Part shown: positions 36,148 through 46,376 of the stretch, piece after piece
Position numbering within the stretch: position 1 is the first letter of the stretch
Layout: each line of letters opens with the position of its first letter
NCBI GenBank assembly: GCA_900314765.1
Contig: OMWN01000010.1
Span: 2,854 to 66,853, forward strand
Reading direction: 5' to 3'
DNA: 64,000 bases
DNA from: an uncultured Selenomonadales bacterium
Lineage (GTDB): Bacteria > Bacillota > Negativicutes > Selenomonadales > Selenomonadaceae
Program-made: the position numbers and the translations under genes
The notes under the pieces: generated by a model
Database searches by the model: none
What the model was told of the DNA's origin: nothing
What the model saw: the letters and a program-made list of their open reading frames with translations, nothing else

Positions 36148-37103
36148 TGAAAAAAATATTTGCCTTGATTTGCGTGCTTGTGATGGCTTTCGCGGTGACG
36201 GGCTGCGGCGGCACGGAGAAAAAATCCGATGCGGGCGCGGGGAAAACAGAAAGCAAGGAAATCGTCATTGGTCTCATGCCGGACACGGACTCGATTCCAT
36301 TTCTCATCGCTGAGAAAAATGGATATTTCAAGGAAGAGGGCGTCAATGTAAAGCTTCAGCCGTTCAAGAGCGCGATGGACAGGGATGCCGCCATGCAGAG
36401 CGGCAATCTCGACGGTGCGGTCTCCGATATGCTCGCTGTGGCGTTCGCGAAGGCGGGCGGCTTTGACGTGAAGGTGACGTCGTTCACGGATGGCAGCTAT
36501 CGCCTCGTCGCGGGCAAGGATGCGAATATCAACGCCGTGAGTGCGCTGAATGGCAAGGACGTCGCCGTGTCGAAGAACACGATTATCGAGTATGTGACGG
36601 ACATGATACTCGACGCATCGAAAATGACGGGTGATGATATAAACAAGGTGTCGATACCGCAGATACCAACGCGACTCGAGATGTTGCAAAATGGAAAGCT
36701 CACGGCGGCGACGCTTCCAGAGCCGATGGGAAGCATAGCCGTCCACAATGGCTGCCGTCTCGTCATGAGCTCCGATGACCTCGGCATCAATCCAGGCGTC
36801 ATGATGTTCACGGCAAAGACGGTGGCGGAGCGCGGCGATGATCTAAAGAAAATGTATCGTGCGTACAACAAGGCCGTGAAGTATCTGAACAGCACGAGCC
36901 GCGATGAATATATCGATTTCGTCGTGGAAAAGAGCGGCTTCCCAGCGGCGGCAAAAGAGGCGCTCGTTATTCCGAAGTATCGCGAGGCCGCGCTGCCCGC
37001 TGAAAAGGATGTCAGCGACACGATTGCATGGCTCAATAAAAAAGGTCTCATCAATGAGACGTACAAATATGGCGACATCGTTGTAGACATTTTGAGCAAA
37101 TGA
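36144..37103 (+). CDS. ABC transporter substrate-binding lipoprotein (NMT1/THI5-like, NitT/TauT family)
   Basis: Lipobox LVMAFAVTGCGG and a periplasmic-binding-protein type 2 pattern. It is followed by a cognate ATPase and permease. Confidence 0.8.
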   Translation: MMKKIFALICVLVMAFAVTGCGGTEKKSDAGAGKTESKEIVIGLMPDTDSIPFLIAEKNGYFKEEGVNVKLQPFKSAMDRDAAMQSGNLDGAVSDMLAVAFAKAGGFDVKVTSFTDGSYRLVAGKDANINAVSALNGKDVAVSKNTIIEYVTDMILDASKMTGDDINKVSIPQIPTRLEMLQNGKLTAATLPEPMGSIAVHNGCRLVMSSDDLGINPGVMMFTAKTVAERGDDLKKMYRAYNKAVKYLNSTSRDEYIDFVVEKSGFPAAAKEALVIPKYREAALPAEKDVSDTIAWLNKKGLINETYKYGDIVVDILSK

Positions 37104-37852
37104 TCAGCTTCAGAAATCTTTGTGTCAGCTATGGACGGCAAAATGAAAAACGCGTCGCACTGAATGATGTCAGCATCGACATCCCGACGGGCTCCGTTGC
37201 GGCCGTCATCGGTCCATCGGGCTGCGGCAAATCGACGCTTTTGAAGGCGGCGGCTGGTCTCATCGAGCATGACAGCGGCAGCGCGTTGATAGATGAAAAG
37301 CCCGTAAATCCGCATGAGCAAGTGATAGGCTTCATGCCGCAGAGCTACGGCCTCATGCCGTGGAAGACGGTGCGCGACAATATCATGATGGCAGTGAAAA
37401 TAAAGAAGAGAATGTCATCCGTAAAAAGAGAAGACGTTGATGCGCTCGTACAAAAGCTCGGCATAGAAAATCTGCTTTCGCTTTATCCAGCGGAATTGTC
37501 GGGCGGGCAGCAGCAGCGCGTCGCACTGGCGCGCGTCTTTCTGTTGCGCCCCGACGTGCTCTTGATGGATGAGCCGTTCTCGTCGCTCGATGCAATCACG
37601 CGCGAGGATATGCAGGAGATTTTTCTTTCTCTGTGGCAGGACTGTCATGTGACGACCATCATGGTTACACACTTCGTCGAGGAGGCCATATTGCTCGGGC
37701 AAAAAATCATCGTGCTCTCGAAAAGCCCAGGGCGCGTCATCGCTGAAATCGACAATTCACTTTTTGGCAATCGAAATGCACACGAGAGCGAAGAGTACAT
37801 GAGACTCGCCGAGAGGCTGCACGAGCTCGTGAGGAAGGGGAGAGACGCATGA
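37100..37852 (+). CDS. ABC transporter ATP-binding protein (NitT/TauT family)
   Basis: Walker A GPSGCGKST, signature LSGGQQQR, Walker B LLMDEP. Confidence 0.92.
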   Translation: MISFRNLCVSYGRQNEKRVALNDVSIDIPTGSVAAVIGPSGCGKSTLLKAAAGLIEHDSGSALIDEKPVNPHEQVIGFMPQSYGLMPWKTVRDNIMMAVKIKKRMSSVKREDVDALVQKLGIENLLSLYPAELSGGQQQRVALARVFLLRPDVLLMDEPFSSLDAITREDMQEIFLSLWQDCHVTTIMVTHFVEEAILLGQKIIVLSKSPGRVIAEIDNSLFGNRNAHESEEYMRLAERLHELVRKGRDA

Positions 37853-38586
37853 AAGGCATCGATAAATTGCTGGGCGTCGTCGCTCTCATCGCGCTTTGGT
37901 GGCTCTTGTCCGCAATCGTGAGCAGGCCGCTTCTGCCATCGCCGCTGAAAGTGGCGCAAAATATCTCGTCCATCTTCTTTCAATCGATTTTCGTGCACAT
38001 GACGCACAGCCTCTTTCGCATTTTGCTGAGCCTCGTGCTCGCCATCATTGTCGGTCTGCCGCTCGGCGTCATGATGGGCTATTTCCCACACGCGGAGAGA
38101 GTGCTCGCGCCGATAGTCTATCTCGCGTATCCCGTGCCGAAAATTGCGCTTCTTCCCATCGTGATGCTCGCGCTCGGCGTGGGCGACGCGTCGAAGATTG
38201 TCATCTTGTTCTTGATTGTGTTCTTCCAGATTGTCATCGCCGTGCGCGATGCCATACACGCGATTCCCGATGAGACGTTTTACCCGCTGTTGTCGCTCGG
38301 CGCGTCGTTTTGCGATATTTTCGTCAACGTTTTATGGCCAGCGTCGCTGCCAAAATTTTTCACGTCACTTCGTGTCGCGATGGCGACGGCCATATCAGTG
38401 CTTTTCTTCACGGAGACGTTCGGCACGATACATGGCATGGGCTATTTCATCATGGATGCGTGGCTGCGCGTGAGCTACGTGGAAATGTATTCGGGCATCG
38501 TCGTGCTTTCAGCGATGGGACTCGCGCTTTTCATGATGATTGACGTGATAGAGCACAGAGCCTGCCGATGGCAGTATGTCAAATAA
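37849..38586 (+). CDS. ABC transporter permease (NitT/TauT family)
   Basis: Six TM segments and a BPD-transporter inner-membrane pattern. It overlaps the ATPase gene by 4 nt. Confidence 0.88.
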   Translation: MKGIDKLLGVVALIALWWLLSAIVSRPLLPSPLKVAQNISSIFFQSIFVHMTHSLFRILLSLVLAIIVGLPLGVMMGYFPHAERVLAPIVYLAYPVPKIALLPIVMLALGVGDASKIVILFLIVFFQIVIAVRDAIHAIPDETFYPLLSLGASFCDIFVNVLWPASLPKFFTSLRVAMATAISVLFFTETFGTIHGMGYFIMDAWLRVSYVEMYSGIVVLSAMGLALFMMIDVIEHRACRWQYVK

Positions 38587-38597
38587 GGATAGAAAAT

Positions 38598-41500
38598 ATG
38601 GATACGAAAAATTTTGTTCATCTTCATGTGCATACGGAGTACAGCCTTCTCGATGGAGCGAGTCGTATTCCGGACCTCATCGCGGAAACGAAGCGCCTCG
38701 GCATGAAGGCGCTCGCCATCACGGATCACGGCCAGATGTATGGCGTCGTGAATTTCTACAAGGAAGCAAAGAAAGCGGGCATAAAGCCTATCATCGGCTG
38801 CGAAGTGTATCTTGCGCCACATTCGCGCAAGGACATGTTCGAGGTAGACCACACGCGATATTATCATTTGATTTTGTTGGCGGAGAATGAGACGGGCTAC
38901 AAAAATCTCGTGAAGCTCGTGTCGCTGGCAAATATCGAGGGCACATACTACAAGCCGCGCGTCGACAAAGAGCTCCTGCGCAAATATCACGAAGGCATCA
39001 TTTGCCTGTCAGCCTGCATATCGGGTGAGATACCGCGCGCCATCATACAGGACAATATGCCGCGCGCCGACGCGCTCGTTCGTGAATATATCGATATTTT
39101 TGGCAAGGATAATTTTTTCATTGAGCTGCAGGACCACGGCCTTGCCGACGAGAAGAAAGCGTCAGAGGGTCTCATCGCGCTCGCGAAAAAATATGATGTC
39201 GGCATGGTCGTCACGAACGATTCGCATTACACGCGCAAAGAGGACAGCGATTTCCATGAGATTCTGCTCTGCATTCAGACGGGCAAGACGATAAACGATC
39301 CCAATCGCATGAAGTTTGATTCTCAGGAATTTTATCTGAAATCACCAGAGAAAATGGCTGAGCTTTTTCCCGAATATCCCGAGGCCATGGAAAATACGGC
39401 GAAGATTGCCGAGCGTTGCAACGTGGATTTCGTTTTCGGCAAACATTTCCTGCCGAATTTCCCGTTGCCCGAAGGCATGACCGATGAGGAGTATTTGAGG
39501 AAACTCTGCGAGGAGAAAATCAAGAACCGCTATCCCGATGAAACGCCCGAGGTCAGAAAGAGACTCGAGTACGAGCTTGGCATTATACACAGCATGGGAT
39601 TTGACAGCTATTTTCTCATCGTCTGGGACTTCATCAATTACGCGAGAAAGGAGAAAATCCCTGTCGGCCCGGGGCGCGGCTCCGCGGCTGGCAGCATCGT
39701 CGCGTATATCCTCGGTATCACGGACATAGACCCGCTCAAGTATGCACTTCTTTTCGAGCGTTTTCTCAATCCAGAGCGTGTCACGATGCCGGATATTGAC
39801 GTCGATTTTTGCTACATGAGGCGCAAAGAAGTCATAGAGTACGTCAAGCGTCGCTACGGCGAGGACCATGTCGCGCAGATTATCACGTTCGGTACGATGG
39901 CGGCGCGCGGAGCTGTGCGCGATGTCGGGCGTGTGCTCGGGCGACCGTATGCCGATGTCGACAAAGTCGCAAAGCTCATACCAACAGAGCTCGGCATCAC
40001 GCTCGACAAAGCGCTGCAGGAGTCGTCAGAGTTTCGCACGCTCTACGAGGGCAGCTCGTCCGTGCGCGAGCTCATAGACTACGCGAGGGACATAGAGGGC
40101 CTGCCGCGTCAGTCGTCCACGCATGCGGCGGGCATCGTCATCGCGCGCAATCCGCTGACGGACTATATGCCTGTGCAGATATCAGAGGGCACACTCGTGA
40201 CGGAGTACGACAAGGACCTCGTCGAGGAGCTCGGACTTCTCAAGATGGACTTTCTCGGACTGCGCACGTTGACGGTCATTGGCGACACGATAAAAAATAT
40301 TCATGATGGCAAAGGTAAGGACCTCGATATCAGGATGATACCGCTCAAGGACGAGACGACAGCGAAAATGCTCTGCGACGGCAGAACGGGCGCTGTATTT
40401 CAGATGGAGTCTGCGGGCATGACGCAGCTCGTCAAAGACATAGAGCCGGAGGGATTCGAGGACCTCATCCCGACAGTCGCGCTCTATCGCCCGGGTCCGC
40501 TCGGCAGCGGCATGGTCAAAGATTTCATCGAGGGCAGACGCGGCAAGAAAACCATAACGTATCTTCATCCGTTGCTCGAGCCAATACTGCGTGAGACATT
40601 CGGTGTCGTGCTCTATCAGGAGCAGGTCATGCAGATTGTTCAGCGCTTGGCGGGATTTTCACTTGGACAGGCTGACATACTGCGCCGTGCGATGGGACAC
40701 AAGCAGCCGGAGCTTTTGATGAAGCAGAAGGAAAGCTTCATGGCCGGCACGAAGAAGAACGGCATCGATGATGCGCTTGCCGATAAAATTTTCGAGTTGC
40801 TGACGCATTTTGCAAATTACGGATTCAACAAGTCACACAGTGCGGCGTATGCGCTTGTGGCGTGGCAGACGGCGTATCTCAAGGCGCACTATCCAGCGGA
40901 ATTCATGGCGGCCATGCTCACGAGCGTCGTCGACAGCGCGGACAAGGTTGCCGTTTATCTTGAGCTTTGCCGAAAAATGCACATAAAAATATTGCCGCCC
41001 GACATCAACGCGAGCAAGGCGACATTCAGTGTCGATGGCGACGCCATACGATTTGGCCTTGCGGCTGTGCGCAACGTCGGCGACGCGGCCATCGCCGAGA
41101 TAGAGCGCGTGCGCACGGACAATGGCCCATTCGCCTCTCTTTATGATTTTTGCCTGCGCATAGACATGGGCACGTTGAATAAGAGAGTCATCGAAAGCCT
41201 CATAAAATGCGGCGCGTTTGATTCCGTCGGAGCAAAGCGCTCGCAAATGCTCGCGATTCTCAGCAAGGCGGTTCAGACGGCGGCACAAAATCAAAGGGAC
41301 AAGGCCAGCGGCCAAATCAGCCTCTTTGGCGAGGAGACGATGAACGCGACGGCGGAGATAGAGCTTCCGGACATTCCCGAGGAGCGACAGGCAACGCTCA
41401 TCGCGTGGGAAAAAGAAATCACAGGCTTTTATATCACGGGTCATCCGCTGGATCGCTATCGTTCGCTCATGACGAATTTCTTCCACATAGAGCGCATTTT

Positions 41501-41999
41501 GAATGGCGAGCTGCGTGACGGCAATCTCGTGAGAGTCGGCGGTCTCATAAAGAGCGCGAAACGCATCAACACGAAGAAGGGCGACACGATGTGCTTTGCT
41601 GAAGTCGAGGACTACACGCGCGCCATCGAAGTGATTGTCTTTCCAAATCTTTTTCTGCAAAAGATGGAGCTTCTCGAGCCCGACATGCCCGTCGTCGTCG
41701 AGGGGCGTGTCGATATCACGGACAATGGCGCAAAGCTCATCGCGAATCAGATGTGGTCGCTCGACGAATACAAGCCCGATTATTTCATCACGATTCACGG
41801 CGCGAAGGACACGCCGGAAAATATGACGCAGCTCAAGAATGTCTTTGACAAATATCATGGCGAGCATGTCGTTTACTTGTTCTTCGTCGACAAGCACAAA
41901 AAGATTCGGACGCAGCCAGCGCTTTGGCTCAACGAATCGCCTCACGTGAAAGAAGAGATAGAGAAAATTCTCGGCGATGGCACAGTACGACAACGATAG
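38598..41999 (+). CDS. dnaE: DNA polymerase III alpha subunit
   Basis: PHP domain start FVHLHVHTEYSLLDG, polymerase core, and OB fold near the C-terminus. I chose the ATG at 38598. Confidence 0.95.
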   Translation: MDTKNFVHLHVHTEYSLLDGASRIPDLIAETKRLGMKALAITDHGQMYGVVNFYKEAKKAGIKPIIGCEVYLAPHSRKDMFEVDHTRYYHLILLAENETGYKNLVKLVSLANIEGTYYKPRVDKELLRKYHEGIICLSACISGEIPRAIIQDNMPRADALVREYIDIFGKDNFFIELQDHGLADEKKASEGLIALAKKYDVGMVVTNDSHYTRKEDSDFHEILLCIQTGKTINDPNRMKFDSQEFYLKSPEKMAELFPEYPEAMENTAKIAERCNVDFVFGKHFLPNFPLPEGMTDEEYLRKLCEEKIKNRYPDETPEVRKRLEYELGIIHSMGFDSYFLIVWDFINYARKEKIPVGPGRGSAAGSIVAYILGITDIDPLKYALLFERFLNPERVTMPDIDVDFCYMRRKEVIEYVKRRYGEDHVAQIITFGTMAARGAVRDVGRVLGRPYADVDKVAKLIPTELGITLDKALQESSEFRTLYEGSSSVRELIDYARDIEGLPRQSSTHAAGIVIARNPLTDYMPVQISEGTLVTEYDKDLVEELGLLKMDFLGLRTLTVIGDTIKNIHDGKGKDLDIRMIPLKDETTAKMLCDGRTGAVFQMESAGMTQLVKDIEPEGFEDLIPTVALYRPGPLGSGMVKDFIEGRRGKKTITYLHPLLEPILRETFGVVLYQEQVMQIVQRLAGFSLGQADILRRAMGHKQPELLMKQKESFMAGTKKNGIDDALADKIFELLTHFANYGFNKSHSAAYALVAWQTAYLKAHYPAEFMAAMLTSVVDSADKVAVYLELCRKMHIKILPPDINASKATFSVDGDAIRFGLAAVRNVGDAAIAEIERVRTDNGPFASLYDFCLRIDMGTLNKRVIESLIKCGAFDSVGAKRSQMLAILSKAVQTAAQNQRDKASGQISLFGEETMNATAEIELPDIPEERQATLIAWEKEITGFYITGHPLDRYRSLMTNFFHIERILNGELRDGNLVRVGGLIKSAKRINTKKGDTMCFAEVEDYTRAIEVIVFPNLFLQKMELLEPDMPVVVEGRVDITDNGAKLIANQMWSLDEYKPDYFITIHGAKDTPENMTQLKNVFDKYHGEHVVYLFFVDKHKKIRTQPALWLNESPHVKEEIEKILGDGTVRQR

Positions 42000-42015
42000 G
42001 GCGCCCTTAAAACGC

Positions 42016-42045
42016 TTGACGCTGTCAGTGCGCCGATTATATAAT
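42016..42045 (+). promoter_or_regulatory. Near-consensus sigma-70 promoter reading into the structured insert and rluB
   Basis: TTGACG (42016-42021), 18-nt spacer, TATAAT (42040-42045). Confidence 0.65.
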
Positions 42046-42060
42046 TGAAAAGCAGAAAAG

Positions 42061-42315
42061 CTATGAGTTTGCGTATGATGTAATTTAAAATACACTAAAG
42101 GCTACGGATAAAAATTTTTTCTTCGCTTAATGGCTCACGATGACGTTTTGACTTCGTATGACAGCGGTCTTTCGACCGCTCCTTGTCCGTACAGACGCTT
42201 TTCCCTTTATGTTTGTTGTTCGCCACCCTACGGGTTACGTCCATGCCTACGGCATGGACTAGGCGCTCAGAAAAAATTTTCATCCTTCGCCATTTGTGCT
42301 GCGCAAACTCATAAT
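42061..42315. repeat. ~255-bp inverted-repeat / highly structured element in the rluB leader (MITE-like or structured leader RNA)
   Basis: The outer 12-bp helix is TATGAGTTTGCG (42062-42073) with CGCAAACTCATA (42302-42313). A second 17-bp helix is GGATAAAAATTTTTTCT (42106-42122) with AGAAAAAATTTTCATCC (42269-42285). Internal strong hairpins are AGCGGTC-TTTC-GACCGCT and GTCCATGCC-TAC-GGCATGGAC. Confidence 0.5.
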
Positions 42316-42343
42316 AAATGAACGTAATCAGAGAGGAAATATA

Positions 42344-43117
42344 GTGGAGAGACTTCAAAAAATAATCAGTCATGCCGGCATCGCGTCGAGACGAGCGGCA
42401 GAGCAGATGATCGTCGATGGCCGCGTCAAGGTGGACGGCGTCGTCGTGCGAGAGCTTGGCATCCAGGCAGACCCCGATGTGAACGTGATAGAGGTTGACG
42501 GCAAGAAAATCGAGCGGGCGGAGAGCCCTGTGTATTTTTTGCTCTATAAGCCGAAAGGGTACGTTACAACGGCGAAGGATGAGCGCGGACGCAAAACGGT
42601 GCTCGACCTCGTGTCGGACGTAAAAGAGCGTATATATCCCGTCGGCCGTCTCGACTACGGCACGGAGGGCGCGCTGCTCATGACGAATGACGGCGCACTC
42701 ACGAACGCGATGCTTCATCCGAAAAGCGAAGTGCACAAGACATATCTCGCGCGTGTCGATGGTTTTGTCTCGCTGGCCGAGGTGCAGAAGCTCAGACACG
42801 GCGTCGAACTCGAGGACGGCATGACGTCGCCTGCGCGCGTCAAAATCGTGGAGCGCGACGAGAAAAACGATGTGACGAAGCTTGAGCTCACGATACATGA
42901 GGGGCGCAATCGCCAAGTGAGGCGCATGTGCGAGGCCGTCGGTCATCCAGTGATTAACCTCAAGCGCACTGAGTTCGCAGGGCTCAATCTGTCGGGACTC
43001 AAGCGCGGCGAGTACAGGCCGCTCACGGATAGTGAGATAGATTATCTGTATGAGCTTGGCAATTTGCCGCAAAGAAGCGCATCGCCGAGCGCGGATAAAG
43101 AGAAATCTAAAAAATGA
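42344..43117 (+). CDS. rluB: RsuA/RluB-family pseudouridine synthase
   Basis: S4 domain (RLQKIISHAGIASRRAAEQMI) and catalytic motif GRLDYGTEGALLMTNDG. GTG start with a GAGAGGA RBS. Confidence 0.9.
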   Translation: MERLQKIISHAGIASRRAAEQMIVDGRVKVDGVVVRELGIQADPDVNVIEVDGKKIERAESPVYFLLYKPKGYVTTAKDERGRKTVLDLVSDVKERIYPVGRLDYGTEGALLMTNDGALTNAMLHPKSEVHKTYLARVDGFVSLAEVQKLRHGVELEDGMTSPARVKIVERDEKNDVTKLELTIHEGRNRQVRRMCEAVGHPVINLKRTEFAGLNLSGLKRGEYRPLTDSEIDYLYELGNLPQRSASPSADKEKSKK

Positions 43118-44355
43118 ATAAGAAAATAATCGTGATAGGCGCAGGACCAGCGGGCATGATGGCCGCGACAAAGGCGGCAGAGAACGGCGCGGACGTCACA
43201 CTCATAGAGAAAATGGATCGCGTGGGCCGCAAGATGCTCATAACGGGCAAGGGCCGCTGCAACATGACGAATGCGGCGGACATTCCTGAAATCATAAAAA
43301 ATATTCCCGGAAACGGCGCATTTTTGAACAGCTCAATCAGAGCGTTCACGAATGATGACGTCGTGGATTTTTTTCATGAGCTCGGCGTGCCGACGAAAGT
43401 TGAACGCGGTGGACGCGTATTTCCAGTCAGCGACAAAGCGAGCGACGTTGTGGACGCGATGCTCGAAAGGCTGCATGAGCTCGATGTGAAAATTTGGCTC
43501 AAGACATCGGTGTCGCATATAGCCGTGCGTGATGGCGTAGCGGTCGGCGTGGTGCTCTCGAGCGGAGAGACGATAGACGCCGATGCTGTCATACTGACGA
43601 CGGGCGGCGCGTCATATCCGCGCACAGGCTCGACAGGCGACGGCGCGAGGATGGCAAAGGAAATCGGCCACAGCGTGACGAAACTTTTGCCGGCGCTTGT
43701 TCCGCTTGAGACGGATGAGCCATGGGTGCCTGACCTCATGGGACTTTCGCTCAAGAATGTCAGCGTGAGGCTCATGGCGGACGATGAAAAAATTGCCGAG
43801 GATTTCGGCGAGATGATGTTCACGCATTTCGGCGTGACGGGGCCGATTATCTTGTCGCTTTCACGCACGGCCGTGTTTGCACTCGAGCAGCAAAAAAATG
43901 TGGAGCTCATCATAAATCTCAAGCCTGCGCTGACGCCGGAAAAACTCGTGGCGCGCATCAACAGAGATTTCGCGGCAGCGCAGACGAAAGCGGTGCACAA
44001 CGTGCTTCACGCACTGTTGCCCGTGAGACTCATCGATGTGGTTCTCGACCTTTCGTATATAGACGGCATGAAAAAGACAAACCAGGTGACTAAAGAGGAG
44101 CGCATGAGGCTCGCTGACACGTTGCAGCATCTCACAGTTGCCATCACGAAGCCGCGTCCGATTGATGAGGCAATCGTCACGGTCGGGGGCATTGCGACGG
44201 ACGAGGTCAATCCAAAGACGATGGCGTCAAAGCGCGTGAAGAATCTTTACATTGCGGGCGAGGTCATGGACGTGGATGGATTTACGGGCGGCTATAATCT
44301 GCAGGCGGCATTTTCGATGGGCGCGGCGGCAGGCAAATGGAGCGCCATAAGCTAA
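43114..44355 (+). CDS. NAD(P)/FAD-dependent oxidoreductase, HI0933/BaiN-like (aminoacetone oxidase family)
   Basis: IIVIGAGPAGMMAA dinucleotide fold, GKGRCNMTN motif and C-terminal GGYNLQAAFSMG. Confidence 0.85.
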   Translation: MNKKIIVIGAGPAGMMAATKAAENGADVTLIEKMDRVGRKMLITGKGRCNMTNAADIPEIIKNIPGNGAFLNSSIRAFTNDDVVDFFHELGVPTKVERGGRVFPVSDKASDVVDAMLERLHELDVKIWLKTSVSHIAVRDGVAVGVVLSSGETIDADAVILTTGGASYPRTGSTGDGARMAKEIGHSVTKLLPALVPLETDEPWVPDLMGLSLKNVSVRLMADDEKIAEDFGEMMFTHFGVTGPIILSLSRTAVFALEQQKNVELIINLKPALTPEKLVARINRDFAAAQTKAVHNVLHALLPVRLIDVVLDLSYIDGMKKTNQVTKEERMRLADTLQHLTVAITKPRPIDEAIVTVGGIATDEVNPKTMASKRVKNLYIAGEVMDVDGFTGGYNLQAAFSMGAAAGKWSAIS

Positions 44356-44376
44356 AATATATGGGGGCGGTTCGCG

Positions 44377-45681
44377 ATGAATAAAGTAATAGAGCGCGCT
44401 GAGAGGGGACTTGAGGGTGAAGTCCTCATTCCAGGCGACAAATCCGTTTCGCATAGGAGCGTCATGCTGTCGGGGCTCAGCAACGGCACCGTTCATATCA
44501 CGCATTTTCTGAGGGCGGAGGATTGCCTTTCTACTGCGCGAGGCATGGAGATGCTTGGGGCGAAGATAAAGCATAACGACGATGGCTCTATTGATGTCAC
44601 AGGCTGCGGCATTCATGGCATGATGGAGCCGTGCGGCATCATAGACGCGGGTGACTCGGGCACGATGCTGCGCCTCATGATAGGCATGCTCGCGCCGCAG
44701 CCATTTTTGACGACGTTCACGGGCGACGCCGCTCTTTATCGTCGTCCGATGGGGCGTGTCATTGTGCCGCTCACAGAAATGGGTGCGCAAATCGTTGGCC
44801 GTGATGGCAACAGGCTACTGCCCATCACAATCATACCCGCGAAGAAAAAGTTGCATGGCATCACGTACAAAATGCCTGTCGCGAGCGCGCAGCTGAAATC
44901 GTCGCTGCTGCTCGCGGGCATGTACGCCGAGGGCGAGACGACTGTCATAGACCCGGGAATGTCGCGTGACCATACGGAGCGGATGATGAAGGCATTCGGC
45001 GTGAATTTGAAAATAGACGGCAACAGTGTGACAATCGGCGCCGTCGATGAGCTCAAGGCGCCGGAGACGATGGCGGTGCCCGGCGACATCAGCTCGGCGG
45101 CTTTTTGGATGGTGGCAGCGTCGATCATCGAGAACAGCGATGTGTTGCTCAAAAATGTTGGCGTCAATGTGACGCGCACGGGCATCATCGATATTCTGCG
45201 CGAAATGGGAGCAGACATTACAATATTTGACAAGCATGAGTCGGGCGGCGAGCCGATAGCCGACATTCGCGTGAGGTCGTCGAGGCTTCACGGCGTTTCG
45301 TTTGGCAAGGAAATCATGCCGCGGCTCATCGATGAGATACCCATCATCGCGGTTGCCGCGATGTTCGCTGACGGCGATACGACAATCACGGGTGCGGGCG
45401 AGCTTCGCGTGAAAGAGACGGACAGGCTTCACGCCGTTGCGACGGAGTTCAATAAATTTGCCGATTGCATCGATGAACTTGACGATGGCCTCGTGATACA
45501 CGGTCAAGGCAAATCGCCGAGGCTCAGTCACGCGACATGCAAATCGTATGACGACCATCGCATTTCCATGTCGCTCGCCATATTGGGAGCAGCAGGTGAT
45601 GGCGTCGAGATCGAGCACGCCGATTGCGTGAATATATCGTATCCAACATTTTTTGATACACTCGAGAATATAAGAAAATAA
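44377..45681 (+). CDS. aroA: 3-phosphoshikimate 1-carboxyvinyltransferase (EPSP synthase)
   Basis: LIPGDKSVSHRSVML, DAGDSGTMLRLM and RVKETDRL motifs. Confidence 0.95.
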   Translation: MNKVIERAERGLEGEVLIPGDKSVSHRSVMLSGLSNGTVHITHFLRAEDCLSTARGMEMLGAKIKHNDDGSIDVTGCGIHGMMEPCGIIDAGDSGTMLRLMIGMLAPQPFLTTFTGDAALYRRPMGRVIVPLTEMGAQIVGRDGNRLLPITIIPAKKKLHGITYKMPVASAQLKSSLLLAGMYAEGETTVIDPGMSRDHTERMMKAFGVNLKIDGNSVTIGAVDELKAPETMAVPGDISSAAFWMVAASIIENSDVLLKNVGVNVTRTGIIDILREMGADITIFDKHESGGEPIADIRVRSSRLHGVSFGKEIMPRLIDEIPIIAVAAMFADGDTTITGAGELRVKETDRLHAVATEFNKFADCIDELDDGLVIHGQGKSPRLSHATCKSYDDHRISMSLAILGAAGDGVEIEHADCVNISYPTFFDTLENIRK

Positions 45682-45698
45682 ATTTGAGGTGACATTCA

Positions 45699-46376
45699 GT
45701 GCAGGGACTTGTGATTGCTATTGATGGGCCAGCGGGCGCTGGCAAGAGCACGATTGCGAAAATCGTCGCAAAAAAACTCGGCTATGTCTACATCGATACG
45801 GGCGCGATGTATCGCGCCGTCGCGTGGAAAGTGCTCGCAGAGAAAAAGCTTGACGATGAGATGACGGATGCGTTCATCATAAACGCCGCGAAAAATATAG
45901 ACATCGATTTGAAATATGAAAATGATAAGACCGTCGTCAGAGTGAACGGCACGGACGTGACGAATGAGATACGCACGCCCGAGGTTTCGGGTGCCGTTTC
46001 GCAGGTGGCGAAGTTGCCAGAGGTGCGCGAGAAGATGGTCACGCTGCAGAGAAAAATGGGCGAGAATGGCGCGATTGTCATGGACGGACGCGACATTGCC
46101 TCGCACGTGCTGCCGAATGCGGACGTTAAAATTTTCCTCACGGCGTCGATCGATGAGCGCGCGAGAAGGCGCTGCAAGGAAATGACGGAGAAGGGCTATG
46201 ACGTGTCGCTCGATGAGATAAAGCGCGACATCGCCGCGCGCGACAAGGCGGACACGGAGCGCAAAGTGTCGCCGCTCGTTCGTGTGCCCGACGCGGAGCT
46301 CGTCGATACGACAGGCATGAGCATAGACGAAGTCACACAGAAGATTCTCAGCATCGCCGAGGCAAAGCGGTCATGA
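45699..46376 (+). CDS. cmk: Cytidylate kinase
   Basis: IAIDGPAGAGKST P-loop, YIDTGAMYRA and DGRDIAS. Confidence 0.95.
   Translation: MQGLVIAIDGPAGAGKSTIAKIVAKKLGYVYIDTGAMYRAVAWKVLAEKKLDDEMTDAFIINAAKNIDIDLKYENDKTVVRVNGTDVTNEIRTPEVSGAVSQVAKLPEVREKMVTLQRKMGENGAIVMDGRDIASHVLPNADVKIFLTASIDERARRRCKEMTEKGYDVSLDEIKRDIAARDKADTERKVSPLVRVPDAELVDTTGMSIDEVTQKILSIAEAKRS

Noticed and set aside
42061-42315. The rluB-leader element as 6S, SRP, RNase P or tmRNA. Also the 63-aa ORF at 42130..42321 as a toxin or small protein.
   Set aside because: I found no conserved SRP domain IV (GGAAGCAGC-type), RNase P (GGAAAGUCCGG-type) or tmRNA tag features. The ORF has no RBS and no hydrophobic character, and it spans repeat hairpins.
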